Positions 47,990 through 62,267 of a stretch of DNA of 64,000 bases are shown here, piece after piece (positions within the stretch are counted from its first letter, which is position 1; each line of letters starts with the position of its first letter). The translations under genes were made by a program, and so were the position numbers. The notes beneath the pieces were generated by a model that saw nothing but the letters and a program-made list of their open reading frames with translations, did no database searches and had not been told where the DNA came from. The stretch comes from Isurus oxyrinchus. Taxonomy: Eukaryota. The DNA lies in contig JANJGN010000052.1 in assembly GCA_026770705.1 (NCBI GenBank), positions 434,001 to 498,000 on the forward strand, written 5' to 3'.

Positions 47990-50890
47990 CCTGACATTTT
48001 CCCTCCTTATATTCCATCCACTCATTTTTTTATCCACTCACTGAAACTATTTATCTCCCTCTGCAGCCTCTTTGTGTCCTCCTCACAACTTGCTTTCCTG
48101 CCCAGCTTATATATTTCCTACCTATCTTCACCATACAGTCAGAAAATCTGCCGACAGTACAGTCAGTCCCTTCATCCAAGTCACTAATGTAGATTGTGAA
48201 TAGTTGAGGCCTCAGCACTGATCCCTGTGGCTCTCCACTAGTTACAGTTTACCAAGCTGAAAATCACCCATTTATCCTGGCTCTCTGTTTCCTGTCAGTT
48301 AGCCAGTCCTCTATCCATATTAATATATCCCCCCCAACACCATCCAATTTCACCCTGTGCAATATCCTTTGATGTGGCTCCTTATCGAATGCCTTTTGGA
48401 AATCCAATGTCACGAAGAGATATTTGTGTGTAAAATGTGCTTGGAAATTATTAATAAAATAGAATTCTAGTGGTGGTCCATGAATAGGTGTGTGTCTGGG
48501 TGTGTCTTAATTGGATTAAAGCCAACTGGTCTGTGTGTTTTGATGTTTAATAGTTTTGAGATGTTAATTGGGTGAATTGTGAGGAGAACAGTAAATTGTT
48601 CATTTGCAATTGTTGAATAAACCATTCCAGACTGGGGGTAAAATTTTGCACCTAGTTAGAAGGAGCCAAAAGATGTGTTTTTTCTTGAACTTACTAATGA
48701 AATTGGTGCTATGAAAGGGGGTTTTATTGTTCGAAGAGGTGGAGTTCAGAAGACCGAGTGATACAATGGAAAATTTACATTCAAAGGGAAAGCTAGCTAT
48801 ATAAAGGAAGGAGTTTGTGTGTGTGAGGCAGGAGCATTTCAGACCGAACCAGCCTGTAGCCTCCAACCAACTTGCAAAGGAACCTCGTTCGGAATTCGTA
48901 ATGTCAAATGTGCTTTGCCTGGTGTTTATATTATGTCAATGGTTCATTGTTGCCTTAGTAGAGATTTACGTGGGGGTGATTAATTGGTGATTTGTTAAAA
49001 AGTTATTATAGTAGTTATTTGTAGCCAATGTGTATGTGTTAAATTAATAAATGGTTTATTTAATTTTATATAAAAAACCCTCAATCCTCGGTCGTCTTAT
49101 TCCTACTGAATTCAAAGTCTTCATCTCGAAATTACAAACAGCAAAATTGCGTTACGACAGTTGTTTCAATTTTCCCTCTGGGATTTGAACAACTCAGCCT
49201 TTACCCTTGGCTGTGTCATAGTCCCTAATACACCACATCTACAGGTTCCACTTTATCCAATCCACTTGTTACATCCTCGAGGAAATCTAATTATTTTTTC
49301 AAACATGATATCCCTTTCACAAACCCATGTTGACTCTGTCTGATTGAATTATGGTTTTCTAAATGTCCTGCTGCTCCCTCCTTCATAATGAATTCTGGTA
49401 TTTTCCCAATGACAGATGTTAGACTAACTGACCTGTAGTTTCTTGCTTTCTGCCTCCTCCCTTTATTGAACAGAGGTGTTTCATTTATGTTTTTCCAATC
49501 CGCTGGGACCTTCCCATAATCTAAGGAATTCTGGAAGATTACATCCAATGCATCCACCGTCTCTGCAGCCATTTCCTTTCAGACCCTCACATTCAGGCCG
49601 TCTGCTCCATGGGACTTGTCAGCATTTGTCTCATTAGTTTTCTTAATACTTTTTCTCTGGTGATAGTGATTGTTTTATGTTCCTCCCTCCTTGTTGCACC
49701 GTGACTTTCTCCTGCTATTGGGATGGTTTTAGAGATTTTTACTGTGAAGACAGACATAAAATTCTTGTTGAAAGTCTCTGTCATTTCCTTGTTTCCCATT
49801 ATTAATTCCCCAGTCTGATTTTCTCTGTGTCCCATTATTACTGTAGCTTCTCTCTTATTTTAATGTACAACATCTCACTGTCATTGTTTATGGTTCTTGC
49901 TAGTTTACTCTCATATCATCATTTCTGCCTCCTGATATTTCTTCCCTCACTTTTCTGGTTTCTCAAATATTCCCAATCTCCAGCCTATCACTAAGCATCC
50001 CAACATTGCCGGCTTTATCTCACAATTGGATACCGTCCTTAGCTTCCTGAGTTAGCCGCCGATGCTCCATCCTTCTTATAGATTCTTTCTTTCTTACTGG
50101 AAAATATCTTCATTGGAATTTATGAACGATCTCTTTAGATGCCTATTACTCTTCACCTACCCACCCCTCCCCCTTTAACCTGCTGTCCCACTCTATTTGG
50201 GCCAACTCTACTTTTAACCCTTGTAATTGTCTTTAGATAAGTTTATGACACTAGTTTCAGACCCAAGTTTCTAACTTGAATATTAAATTTCAACACCGTA
50301 TGATTACTCTTCCCTTGAGCGTCCTTTACAATGAGATGTTAATTAGTCTTGTCTCATTAAACATTGCCAGGTCTAAAACAGCCTCTTCGCTGGTTTGTTC
50401 CATGTTGGATTGTTCTCAAATACTGTCCTGAATACAATCTGTATAATCTCGCTGAAAGCTACATTTGCTAATCTGATTTGTCTAATCTATACGACGATTG
50501 AAAACTCCCATGATTAATGTGGTGCCTTTCTCACAGACCTCCTGATGTATTGATTTACAATCTATCCCTGCAGTGTAACCACTGTCAGGGGGGAATATAA
50601 ACCAACCCATCAGAGATTTCTTTCCCTTGCAATTTCTTATATTCACCCAAACTGACTGTGCATCTTGACATCTGAGCCAAAATCATTTCTCACTACTTTA
50701 CAGGTCTCATCTTTTATTAACAGAGCTACCCCACCTCCTTTTCATTTTTCCTATCCTTTCAAAGATTCCAAATATCCTTCAATTTTCAATTTCCAACCTT
50801 GGTCACCTTGCAACCAACTCTCTGCAGTGTCCATCTTATCGTACCCATTAATCTCTATTTGTGCTATAACTTCATTCATTTTGTTCCAAC
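47990..50890 (-). mobile_element. CR1 LINE interrupted by a solo LTR (~48408-49220)
   Basis: VIFQNSLDYGKVPADWK...NYRSVSLTSVIGK...QSQHGF; CR1 sequence resumes on both sides of the tgtca...gtcata block. Confidence 0.8.
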
Positions 50891-50919
50891 TTTATGTTTT
50901 ATATATTCATTCTTCCATG

Positions 50920-51640
50920 GGAAGTGGGCATCACTGGCTAGGCCAGCATTTATGGCCCATCCCTAATTACCTTGAGAAGGTGGTGGTGAGCTGCCTTCCT
51001 GAACCTCTGCAGTCCATGTGGTGTAGGTACACCCACAATGCAGTTACAGGAGGAATTCCAAGATTTTGACCAAGTGGCAGTGAAGGGACGGCGATATATT
51101 TCAAAATCAGGATGATGTGTGGCTTGGAGGGGAACTTCCAGGTGGTGGTGTTCCCCTATGCCTGCTGCCCTTGTCCTTCTCAATGGCAGAGGTTGTGGGT
51201 TTGGAAGGTGCTGTTGAAGGAACCTTGCTGAGTTGCTGAAGTTCATGTTGTAGATGGGACACACTGCTGCCACTGTGCATTGACGATGGAGGGAGTGATG
51301 GTTGCTGTGGTTGACGGGGAGCCCATCAAGCGGGGCTGCTTTGTCCAGGGTGGTGTCGAGCTTCTTGAGTGTTGTTGGAGCTGCACTCATCCGGGCAAGT
51401 GGAGAGTATTCCATTCACACTCCTGCCTTGTGCTATGTTGATGATGGACAGGATTTGAGGAGTCAGGAGGTGAGTTAATCACCGCAGGATTCCCAGCCTC
51501 TGAGCTGCTCTTGTAGCCACAATGTTTATGTGGCTGACCCAGTTCAGATTCTCGTTAATGGTGATCCCCAGGCTGTTGATATTCTGGGATTCAGTGATGG
51601 TGCTGCCATTGAATGTCAAGGGGAGATGGTTAGATTCTCT
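50920..51640 (-). mobile_element. Non-LTR retrotransposon 3' fragment
   Basis: MEYSPLARMSAAPTTLKKLDT...LQQHLPNP. Confidence 0.75.
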
Positions 51641-53157
51641 CTTGCGTGCATTCAGATTAAGAACCTTTCTGTCTTTTCCCCATTTCCCCTACTCTGACCT
51701 TATTTGCTGGGACACTGGTTGATGCTGGTTTCAGTCTCAGTTTGTCTCAGTTGGTCACACTCTGGCCTCTGTCTCGAGACTGATGTTCCCTCTTGGTAGT
51801 GACAGTGATGGGGGTGTTGGGGAGGGTGTGGATATTGACCCCACTGGTCCCCCTCCCCCACTCCGCCATTCTATCCTGGGAGACCCGCCAGGATCCTTGT
51901 TCCAGCTGCGATGGGCAGCCCTTCCACATTTTCCTGTGGGCCCTGCACTTCATGTCTAAAAGCGCTAAGTTAGAGCAGGGATGGGGAATTGAACAGGGGG
52001 CGTGGGACGAGTGTGGGGGTTTCACAGCCAGAACTGACCCTGCCCACAACTCTGTGGAGGGGGAGAGGTTTCACCAGCTCTCTGTCTTTACAACATCGTA
52101 ACCACAGTGTGAAGATTGTCCCCATTCCCTGTATCTTAATAATATTGTAAAGACAACTGGGAGATGTCCTGCAGTCTCTGAGAAAGAATTTGGTGCGTCT
52201 ACAGCACCACCACTGGCAAGAGAGTGTAAGTACAGTGTGACATGTTTACATGGGAAATTTTCATGATAAATGTGGACACAAGAATTTTTGATAATTTGGT
52301 GGGGAAATGCAATGACATGAATTAACAGATTGGAGCAGGAAGGTTGTCCTGGAGTAAGATGTTTAATAAAAATATATCTGTACAGAGTTATCTGGGCATT
52401 TCAATCCCTTGTGACAATAAATGTAATATTATAGAAAATGCAAAAGCTTCTTGTAATCTATCACAGAATAAACAAATTGCAGAATTCAGAAAGCACATTC
52501 TGAAATGTTAACAAAGTTCAGTGACGTCACATTTCTGCTAATTACTATTCGGCCATGTTGGCTGCACGCAGTCAGGCAGTCCCTCGGTTGTGATGTGTCC
52601 ACACAGCAGGACTGGGATGTATCAGCATCAAAGGACATGCTTAGTTGTTGCCGTGCAATGCATTTATTGTGAGCCTGTTGCACATACGCCCTGTCGAAGG
52701 ATTCTCCGTGTTTGCATTCTGAATCGAGACAGATCAAAGTTACTACAACAACTTGCATTTATATAGCACCTTCAATGTAGCAAAATGTCCAAAGGCTCTT
52801 CAGGGGATTGTTCACTACATATAAATCCATCTCTGAGACACATAATGAGATATTAGGGACAGATGACCAAAAGCTGAGTTAACAAAGGCAGTTAATAAGG
52901 ACCATGTTAAAGGAGGAGAGAGAGAGAGACAGACTGATAGAGAGAGACAGAGAGAGACACTGAATATCTTTCCCCAATGGATCATCATCAAGTTGTCACT
53001 GGGTAAGAATTTCATTTCAAACCACGACAACCACAGACCCATTCAGTCCCTTCCTCCCTCTGTCCCCCTCTCCCCCAGTGGGTTGTCTCATGTTCCCAGG
53101 AATCATAATCCCTGCCCCCACCCACACACCTCCTCACCCCCTCTCCCCGTTTCACAC

Positions 53158-53406
53158 TCAGTTTCGCTTGAATCTGATCTGTGCGTATTCCGTCTCCTCT
53201 TCCCTGTGGACAGACCCATCACCACTGGACACCCTCAAAACTTGGGGATTGGCGTAGAGAAGCTCGTCGGAATTTTCGATGTGCCAATATCCAGCATTGC
53301 CTCCCACTGGACCTTCAGAGAGACCCTGGGGAGCTGGGGTCTCCCCCTCACTAGTTGTGTCTCTGGTTGTGTTCCGGGGCTCAGTAATCAGCACGTTCTG
53401 TTTACC
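53158..53406 (-). CDS. Gene B terminal cytoplasmic exon, distal duplicate
   Basis: 249 nt, phase 0; ...DELLYANPQ...ETEYAQIRFKRN*; AATAAA at 52663-52668. Confidence 0.85.
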   Translation of the reverse strand, partial: GKQNVLITEPRNTTRDTTSEGETPAPQGLSEGPVGGNAGYWHIENSDELLYANPQVLRVSSGDGSVHREEETEYAQIRFKRN

Positions 53407-54820
53407 CTACAGAGAAATGGAAACAGAAGACATCCTCACATCATTTACTGGCACTGATAGGGTTAAATTATTGTGCAGCCTCGTTAGTGTCAGTCGTGGC
53501 TCAGTGGGTTTAATCCTCCCTCATGTCATCTGAAAGAAACCACCTATGGCAGTGCAGTGCTCCCTCAGTACTGACCCTCTGATAGTGCAGTACTTCCTCA
53601 ATTCTGACCCTCCGACAGTGAAGCACTCCCTCAGTACTGACCCTCCGACAGTGCGGCACTCCCTCAGTACTGACCCTCTGTCAGTGCAGCACTCCCTCAG
53701 TACTGACCCTCTGTCAGTGCAGCACTTCCTCAGTACTGACCCTCCGACAGTGCAGCACTCCCTCAGTACTGACCCGCTGTCAGTCCCGCACTCCCTCGGT
53801 AATGGCTCTGGTGAGTGACGGCTTGGATTCTGCACTCAGGTACCTGGTGTGAGGCTCAATAACATGAACCTTGTAATCAGAGAGAGGATGAGAGAGAGGG
53901 AGAGAGAGAGAGGAAGGGATAGACACAGTGTTACTAACCTATTAACATATGTAATGTAATTGGAAATTTTCTTTTTAATAGAGGTTTAGTGTGTGGATGT
54001 GTCTGTGTGTGTTTTAATTGGATTAAAGCCAGCCAGTCTGGGTAATTCGATGTATAATAGTTTTGAGATGTAAACTGAGGGGTAAAGAAGCAATTTGTAT
54101 TTTTAAACAGAGCATTCAAGGCCTGAGAGTGAAATCTTAAACCAATCAACATTTATATTACTAATAAAATTGATACTATGACAGAGGATTTATTGTTAGA
54201 AGAGATGGAGTTCAAAGGTCCTGATGATACAATGAGAATTTACATTCAAAGAGAAGCATTGGGTATAACTTGAGCAGTTTTGTGTGAGCAGAGCAGAGGC
54301 TTGTAACAGCAAAGCAGCTGTAAGCCTACACCTGTCTGCAAAGGAACCAAAGTGAAAGGAACCTCATTTGGAATTTGTGAGGTGAAAATGCTTTGCCTGG
54401 AATCTGCTTAAAGTCTATGGGTTGTCTTAGAGGACGTTAGTTTGGGAATTTGTTAAATAGTTATGATAGTACTAGTTTGTAGCCATGTGCATATGATTAA
54501 CTTGTGAAAATTAATAAATGTCTCATGTAGTTTGATATAAACCCATCTCAAGAACTGATGGTCTTATTCCTGAATTTAGAGATGCATCTCAAACATTCCA
54601 CTGGGAAATATAGATTATGACAGTTGTTTAAAGTTTCCCTCTGGGATTTGAAACAACAGCCTTTACCAGTTGCTGTGTTATAACAGAGAGACAGCATGAT
54701 ACTGAACCATTGCTGACTCCACAGGTACAAATCAGTGGATAACTGGGCTGAGAATCTGGGACACGTGTTGTCTACACACTGAGATTGAAGCTTTGGAGTG
54801 AGCGTAAACAGCTCCTGTAC

Positions 54821-54902
54821 CTGGTGCTTCACAGAGAGTGGACTGGGAGTCAATGCCATGTCTCTGGTCCCTGAAACTCTCTCCTCCGTTGCTGTCTTTC
54901 TC
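54821..54902 (-). CDS. Gene B cytoplasmic exon 1, distal duplicate
   Basis: 82 nt, phase 2-0; RKTATEERVSGTRDMALTPSPLSVKHQ. Confidence 0.8.
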
Positions 54903-55848
54903 CTGCAATAACACAATATCACACTGTGGTTATCATATAGCAGAGAGTCAGTGCAGCACAGACACAGAGCCCACTGTAACCTTACACCAACGACTGGACT
55001 GACTCTTTAAATCACTTCTGCACAAAGCACAGAATCAAGAAGTTCGACATCATCCAGGACAAAGCAGCCCGATTGATCTACACCCCATCCACCACATTAA
55101 ACATTCACTCCCTCCACCACGAACACACAGCGGCAGCAGTGTGTGTACCAGCTACAAGATGCACTGCAGCAACTCAGCAAGGCTTCTTCGACAGCACCTT
55201 CCAAACCCACGACCTCTACCATCTAGAAGGACAAGGGCAGCAGACACATGGGAACACCACCACCTGGAAGTTCCCCTCCAAGTCACTCACCATCCTGACT
55301 TGGAAATATATCACCGTTCCTTCACTGTCGCTGGGTCAAAATCCTGGAAATCCCTCCCTAACAGCATTGTGGGTGTACCTACACCATATGCACTGCAGCG
55401 GGTCAAGAAGGCAGCTCGCCACCACCTTCTCAAGGGCAATTAGGGATGGGCATTAACGCTGACATCACCAGTGACAGCCACATTCGATGAAAGAATTAAA
55501 AATCACACAGATCAATGTATTTATTGTGACCCTGCTGCACACACGCCCTGTCGAAGGAGCCTTTGTGGTTCCATTGTTAATCGAAGCAGATCAGAGTTAC
55601 TACAACTACTTGCATTTATATAGCACCTTCAATGTAGCAAAATGTCCCAAGGCTCATCCGGGGATTGTTAGTCCATCTTCACCTGACTCTGAGGCACATG
55701 AGGAGATATTAGGGACAGGAGACCAACAGCTGAGTCAACAAAGTCAGTTATTAACGGGCATCTTAAAGGAGGAGCTGGAGATAGAGAATGAGAGACAGAC
55801 ACAGAAAGAAAGACAGAGACAGGGAGAGAGAGAGAGAGAGAGAGAGGG

Positions 55849-55883
<35 letters not shown>

Positions 55884-56082
55884 CAGTGAATCTCGGTCCC
55901 CAATGGCTCAGCATCCAGTCCTCTCTGGAGAAGCATTTCATTCCAAACCACACCAACCGCAGCCCAATTCCATCCCTTCCTCCCTCTCCCCCCTCTCCCC
56001 CAGTGGGTTGTTTCCTGTTCCCAGGAATCTCGATCACTACCCCCACCTTGATACCTCCTCACTCCCTCTCCCCGTTTCTCAT

Positions 56083-56331
56083 TCAGTTATGCTCGAACCT
56101 GATCTGTGCGTATTCCGTCTCCTCTTCTCTGTGGACAGACCCATCACCACTGGACACCCTCAAAACTTGGGGATTGGCGTAGAGAAACTCTTCAGGTTTG
56201 TCGATGTGCCAATGTCCAGCATCACCTCCCACTGCACCTTCAGAGAGACCCCGGGGAGCTGGGGTCTCCCCCTCACTAGTTGTGTCTCTGGTTGTGTTCC
56301 GGGGCTCAGTAATCAGCACGTTCTGTTTACC
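56083..56331 (-). CDS. Gene B terminal cytoplasmic exon, proximal copy
   Basis: 249 nt; ...EEFLYANPQ...ETEYAQIRFEHN*; AATAAA at 55520-55525. Confidence 0.88.
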   Translation of the reverse strand, partial: GKQNVLITEPRNTTRDTTSEGETPAPRGLSEGAVGGDAGHWHIDKPEEFLYANPQVLRVSSGDGSVHREEETEYAQIRFEHN

Positions 56332-57784
56332 CTACAGAGAAATGGAAACAGAAGCCATCTTCACATCATTTACTGGCACTGATAGGGTTAAATTATTGAG
56401 CAGCCTCATTAGTGTCAGTCTTGTCTCAGTGGGTTTAACCCTCTCTCTCATGTCATCTGAAAGATACCACCTATGGCAGTGCAGTGCTCCCTCTGTACTG
56501 ACCCCCCCGACTGTGCAGCACATCCTCAATAGTGACCCTCTGTCAGTCTCACACTCCCTCATTACTGACCCTCTGTCAGTCTCACACTCCCTCATTACTG
56601 ACCCTCTGTCAGTCTCGCACTCCCTCAGTACTGACCATCTGACAGTGCAGCACTCCCTCAGTACTGACCCTCTGACAGTGCAGCACTCCCTCAGTACTGA
56701 CCCTCTGACAGTGCAGCACTCCCTCAGTACTGACCTGCTGTCAGTCCCGCACTCCCTCGGTAATGGCTCTGGTGAGTGACAGATTGGATTCTGCACTCAG
56801 GTGTCTGGTGTGAGGCTCAATAACATGAAACTAGTAATCAGCAACAGGATGAGAGAGAGAGAGAGAGAGAACGAAAGGGACGTAGGGATGGAGACAGAGA
56901 CTGTCATGATGCGATTAATGAATATCATGTTTTTGGAAATTATTTTTGTTAAAATAGAGGTTTCATCTGTGGATGTGTCTGTGTGTGTTTTATTTGGATT
57001 AATTGGGTGCTTTGATATAAAGTAATTTTGAGATGTAAACAGGGAGGTAAAAAGGCAATTTGCATTTTTAAATAGAGCATTCAATGCCTGGGAGTGAAAT
57101 CTTAAATCAATCAACGTTTATATTACTAATAAAATTGATACTATGAAATCAGATTTATTGTTAGAAGAGATGGAGTTCAAAGGTCCTGATGATACAATGA
57201 GAATTTACATTCAAAGAGAAGCACTGGGTATAACTTGAGCAGTTTTGTGTGTGCAGAGCAGAGGCTTGTAACATCAAAGCAGCTGTAAGCCTACACCTGT
57301 CTGCAAAGGAACCAAAGTGAAAGGAACATTATTTGGAATTTGTGAGGTGAAAATGCTTTGCCTTGTGTCTGCTTAAAGTCTATGGGTTGTCTTAGAGGAG
57401 GTTAGCTGGAGAATTTGTTACAATGTCATGATAATACCAGTTTGTAGCCATGTGCATATGTTTAACTTGTGTAAATTAATAAATGTCTCATGTAGTTTAA
57501 TATACAACTATCTCGAGAACTGGTGGTCTTATTCCTGAATTTAGAGCTGCATCTCAAACATTCCACTGGGAAATATAGGTTATGACAGTTGTTTAAAGTT
57601 TCCCTCTGGGATTTTAAACAACAGCCTTTACCAGTTGCTGTGTCATAACAGAGAGACAGCATGATACTGAACCATTGCTGACTCCACAGTACAAATCAGT
57701 GGGTAACTGGGCTGGGAATCTGGGACACGTGTTGTCTACACACTGAGATTGAAGCTTTGGAGTGAGTGTAAACAGCTCCTGTAC

Positions 57785-57866
57785 CTGGTGTTTCACAGAG
57801 AGTGGACTGGGGGTCAATGCAATGTCACTGGTCCCTGAAACTCTCTCCTCCATCGCTGTCTTTCTC
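57785..57866 (-). CDS. Gene B cytoplasmic exon 1, proximal copy
   Basis: 82 nt, phase 2-0; RKTAMEERVSGTSDIALTPSPLSVKHQ. Confidence 0.85.
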
Positions 57867-58839
57867 CTGCAATAACACAATATCACACTGTGGTTATCAT
57901 ATAGCAGAGAGTCAGTGCAGCACAGACACAGAGCCCTCTGTAACCTTACACCAACGACTGGACTGACTCTTTAAATCACTTCTGCACAAAGCACAGAATC
58001 TAGAATCTCGACACCATCCACAACAAAGCAGCTCGATTGATCTACACCCCATCCACCACATTAAACATTCAGTCCCTCCACCATGAACACACAGTGGCAG
58101 CAGTGTGTGTACCATCTACAAGATGCACTGCAGCAACTCAGCAAGGCTTCTTCGACAGCACCTTCCAAACCCACGACCTCTACCATCTAGAAGGACAAGG
58201 GCAGCAGACACATGGGAACACCACCACCTGGAAGTTCCCCTCCAAGTCACTCACCATCCTGACTTGGAAATATATCACCGTTCCGTCACTGTCGCTGAGT
58301 CAAACTCCTGGAGCTCCCTCTCTAACAGCACTGTGGGTGTACCTACACCACATGGACTGCAGCGGGTCAAGAAGGCAGCTCACCAACACCTTCTCAAGGG
58401 GCAATTAGAGATGGGCAATTAATAGCGGCCTCACCAGAGACAGCCACATTCAATGAAAGCATTTAAAATCTCACAGCTCAGGAGGAAGCCACTCAGCCCA
58501 TCGTGCCTGTGCTGGCCCTTTGTAAAAACTGTCCAATTAGTCCCACTACCCAGACTGTTCAATCTTTCCTGATGGTTATAACCACCACTCCGGTTGTGTG
58601 GAATCACAAGGTGACCTGATACAATCCAGGAGTAATCGTGCAGAGTGAGGAATCTCTGGGTCTCGTGATCGTTTACCTGGATACAGGACAATGAAAGGTT
58701 CTCTCCGGATCACAGTGGACACAGGGATCACTTACGGAGAGGGAATTGGTGCTGATCCCAAGGGAAACAATCACCGACTTAAGGAAAGAACATTGAAGCA
58801 AATGCTTATATTAAAATCAAGTTAAATCTTCAGACTTAC

Positions 58840-58936
58840 TTTCTCACACAGATGAAGATGAAGATTCCAGCCAGGAAAACACTCAACATGATCCCAGCCG
58901 TGAACAATCCTACTGTCCATTTACTGGAGTCTCTAC
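58840..58936 (-). CDS. Gene B transmembrane exon, uncharged
   Basis: 97 nt, identical to 2274-2370. Confidence 0.9.
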
Positions 58937-59589
58937 CTGTAAAAACAGCCATTAATTACTGCACTACAGGTTTACAATGATGCTCCGATGTATCTCGAGA
59001 AGCGATACACTCACTCAGTGTTTAAATACTCATTCTCGGGCAATGCTGACATTTATTGTCCATCCCTAGTTTCCCTTGAGAAGGTGGTGGGGGGTCTTCC
59101 TCCTGAACCACTGGTTTGTCCCAAACTGGGAGACCAGTTCAGAGGGCAGGTAAGAGTTAACCATGTTGGTGTTACAGACTGGAGTCACATACACACCCAG
59201 ACCAGTTAAAATGGACAGGTTTCCCTCCCTAAAGGGACATTAGTGACCCACCCTATACATGTGATCTCTATATACGTATCAACCAACATCACTAAAATAA
59301 TACATTATCAGATCACTGTCACCTTGCTTTGTGGGATCTTGCTGTGCACAGGTTGGTGCCGTGTTTCCTACATTACAACATGACATTGCTTCAAACATAT
59401 ATCGTTGACTGTAAAGTGTTTCGGGACGATCTGATCATTCAATAAATACAGGTCACCCTTTTCAATGCATCATTTATTGATAATGTTATCAATGAAATAT
59501 ATGAATATTAATCAATCTCCAATTTCTGCCTGTTTACTGTTGACTAAAACCTGTCAAGACCCTGAGTCACATGAGGTGATGTCAGGGAC

Positions 59590-60480
59590 AGATGACCTTG
59601 TGAAGAGGGTGTAAGGAGGCTACAAATTGACAGAGAGAGGTTAAGTGAATGGGCAAAAAGTGCACAATGTGGGGAAATGTGACATTGTCCATTTTGACAG
59701 GGAGAATAAAAAAGTAGCTTATTATCTCAATGGTGAGAGATTGCAGAGCTCTGAGATTCAGAGGGATCTGGGTGTCCTAGTGCATGAATCGCAAAAGGTT
59801 AGTGTGTAGGAACAGCAGGTAATTCGGAAAGCGAATAGAATGTTATGATTTACTGTGAGGGGCATTGAATCCAAACGTAGGGAGGTTACACTTCAGTTAT
59901 ACAGGGGGCTGGGGAGACCACATCTGGAGCTTTGTGTTCAGTATTGGCCTCCTTATTTAGGGAAAGGTGTAAATGCATCAGGAGCAGTTCAGAAAAGGTT
60001 TATTGGACCAACACCAGGAATGGGCGGGTTGTCTTATGAGGACGGGCTGGACAAGTTAGACTTGTATCCACTGGAATTTAGAAGAGGAAGGGGAGACCTG
60101 ATTGAGAGATTTAAGATCCTGAGGGGCCTTGACAGGGTGGATGTCGGGAGGATGTTTCCTCTTGTGGAAGAAGCTAGAACTAGGCGTCACTGATTAAAAA
60201 TAAGGGTTTGATCATTTATGACAGAGATGAGGAGAAAATGTTTCCTCTCAGAGGGTCGTGAGGCTTTGGAACTCTTCCTGAAAAGGCAGGAAACAGAGTC
60301 TTTGAATATTTTTAAGGCGCAGCTCGATAGATTCTTGATTCACAAAGGGGTGAAAGGTCATCAGGGGTGAGCAGGGAATGTGGGGTGGAGGTTACAATCC
60401 ATGACCTTATGGAAAGGTGGAACAGGCTCGAGGGGCTGAGTGGCCTCCTCCTGCTCCTCATTCCTGTGTTCGTATGTTTG
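59590..60480 (+). mobile_element. CR1 LINE 3' fragment
   Basis: LQLYRGLGRPHLELCVQYWPP...RGDLIE. Confidence 0.88.
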
Positions 60481-61242
60481 TTTCACCAAAAGCTTTGTCA
60501 AAGAGATTGGTTTTAAGGAGCGTCCAAACTGAATGTTTCAACACAGCCCAAAAACCAGGACAGTGATCCAGAGTGATCCAGTGTGGNNNNNNNNNNNNNN
60601 NNNNNNNNNNNNNNNNNNNNNNNNNNNNNNNNNNNNNNNNNNNNNNNNNNNNNNNNNNNNNNNNNNNNNNNNNNNNNNNNNNNNNNNNNNNNNNNNNNNN
60701 NNNNNNNNNNNNNNNNNNNNNNNNNNNNNNNNNNNNNNNNNNNNNNNNNNNNNNNNNNNNNNNNNNNNNNNNNNNNNNNNNNNNNNNNNNNNNNNNNNNN
60801 NNNNNNNNNNNNNNNNNNNNNNNNNNNNNNNNNNNNNNNNNNTCTAGGTGTGTATGTGTGCGTGCGTCTGTGTNNNNNNNNNNNNNNNNNNNNNNNNNNN
60901 NNNNNNNNNNNNNNNNNNNNNNNNNNNNNNNNNNNNNNNNNNNNNNNNNNNNNNNNNNNNNNNNNNNNNNNNNNNNNNNNNNNNNNNNNNNNNNNNNNNN
61001 NNNNNNNNNNNNNNNNNNNNNNNNNNNNNNNNNNNNNNNNNNNNNNNNNNNNNNNNNNNNNNNNNNNNNTGACAGCTGCACTATCGGGGGGTCAGTAGGA
61101 AGGGAGCTCTGCAATGTCAGAAGTGAATTTTTATCAATAAAAGCAGATGCTCTATTGTTAAACAAACTGTAGTTTATGGGTTTTTACTGTGTACCATGTG
61201 GACTATAATGGCCAAATTAGAATAAAGGGTGTCTGTACTTAC

Positions 61243-61539
61243 CTTGTACAGTTAGTACGCGGGTCCGCTCCGATGAAACAGATGGATATCTCACTCTGCA
61301 GCTGAGATTGTGTCCGTGGTGTTTGAGTGATGGGATCAGGGTCAGAACAGAAGTATAGGTCAGAGTGACACCATGCTGAGTTACAGTGTTTGAGACTGAT
61401 CCAGGTACGTCAGTGGGAGTGTCCCAGGTTAAGACAGGTGCTGCTGTTCCATTGCACGTTGTGTTGAAGGTGCAGCTTACATCCACACGCTTTCCTGCAA
61501 TAATTTCAGCAGGGAATATCGTGGGTTTATCTGTGAAAT
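61243..61539 (-). CDS. Gene B Siglec domain-2 C2-set exon
   Basis: 297 nt, phase 1-1, open frame. Confidence 0.92.
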
Positions 61540-62267
61540 CTAACACACAGAAAATGGATCCTTTTAGAGAAATATAACGTGAAGCATCAGTTCAAATAGA
61601 AATCACAATCCCACAAGAGAAAGCACTTTTACAAGGATGATATCAGAACTGAGAGATTACAATGATCAGGAGAGAATTTCCTGCTTTGACACTTTGGTGT
61701 TTCTGTCTCTCAGCGTAATACACGTTCACTCCGAGACACTTGAACTGATAATAGTGGGTGAGGGTGGTGGAGCAGACCAGAGTTTGGAGTGCACTACCCC
61801 ATCATTCACTCAGCGATCTGGGCCATTTATTACTTTGCAATTTGTGGGAGCTTGCTGTGTGCAAATTGGCTGCTGTGTTTCTCACATTACAACAGTAAAT
61901 ACAATTCAGGAATCAGCTCATTGGCTGTGAAGTGATTTGGTACGTTCTGAGGTGGTGAAAGGCGCTATAGAAATGTGAATCTTTCTTATGTCGATATGTC
62001 AGACTTCGAGACAGGATTAGAGAGATCGATGGGAGTGGATAACCTGATAACATTGATGGACACAGTCAATATATTTAATCATTGATATTAAAGTGAGTAT
62101 TAGAGGTTGCTTTAGGACTGAACTGGAAGCTATCACCAGGTTATTGAGAATCAGACAGTGTGTTATAATAAGCTGTGTTTTGTGCTAATATGTAAATGTC
62201 ACAGTTTGTGTTATTTCCCACTGAGTGTTGAATGTGAATTGTTGAGTAATTATAACACAGCACTTAC

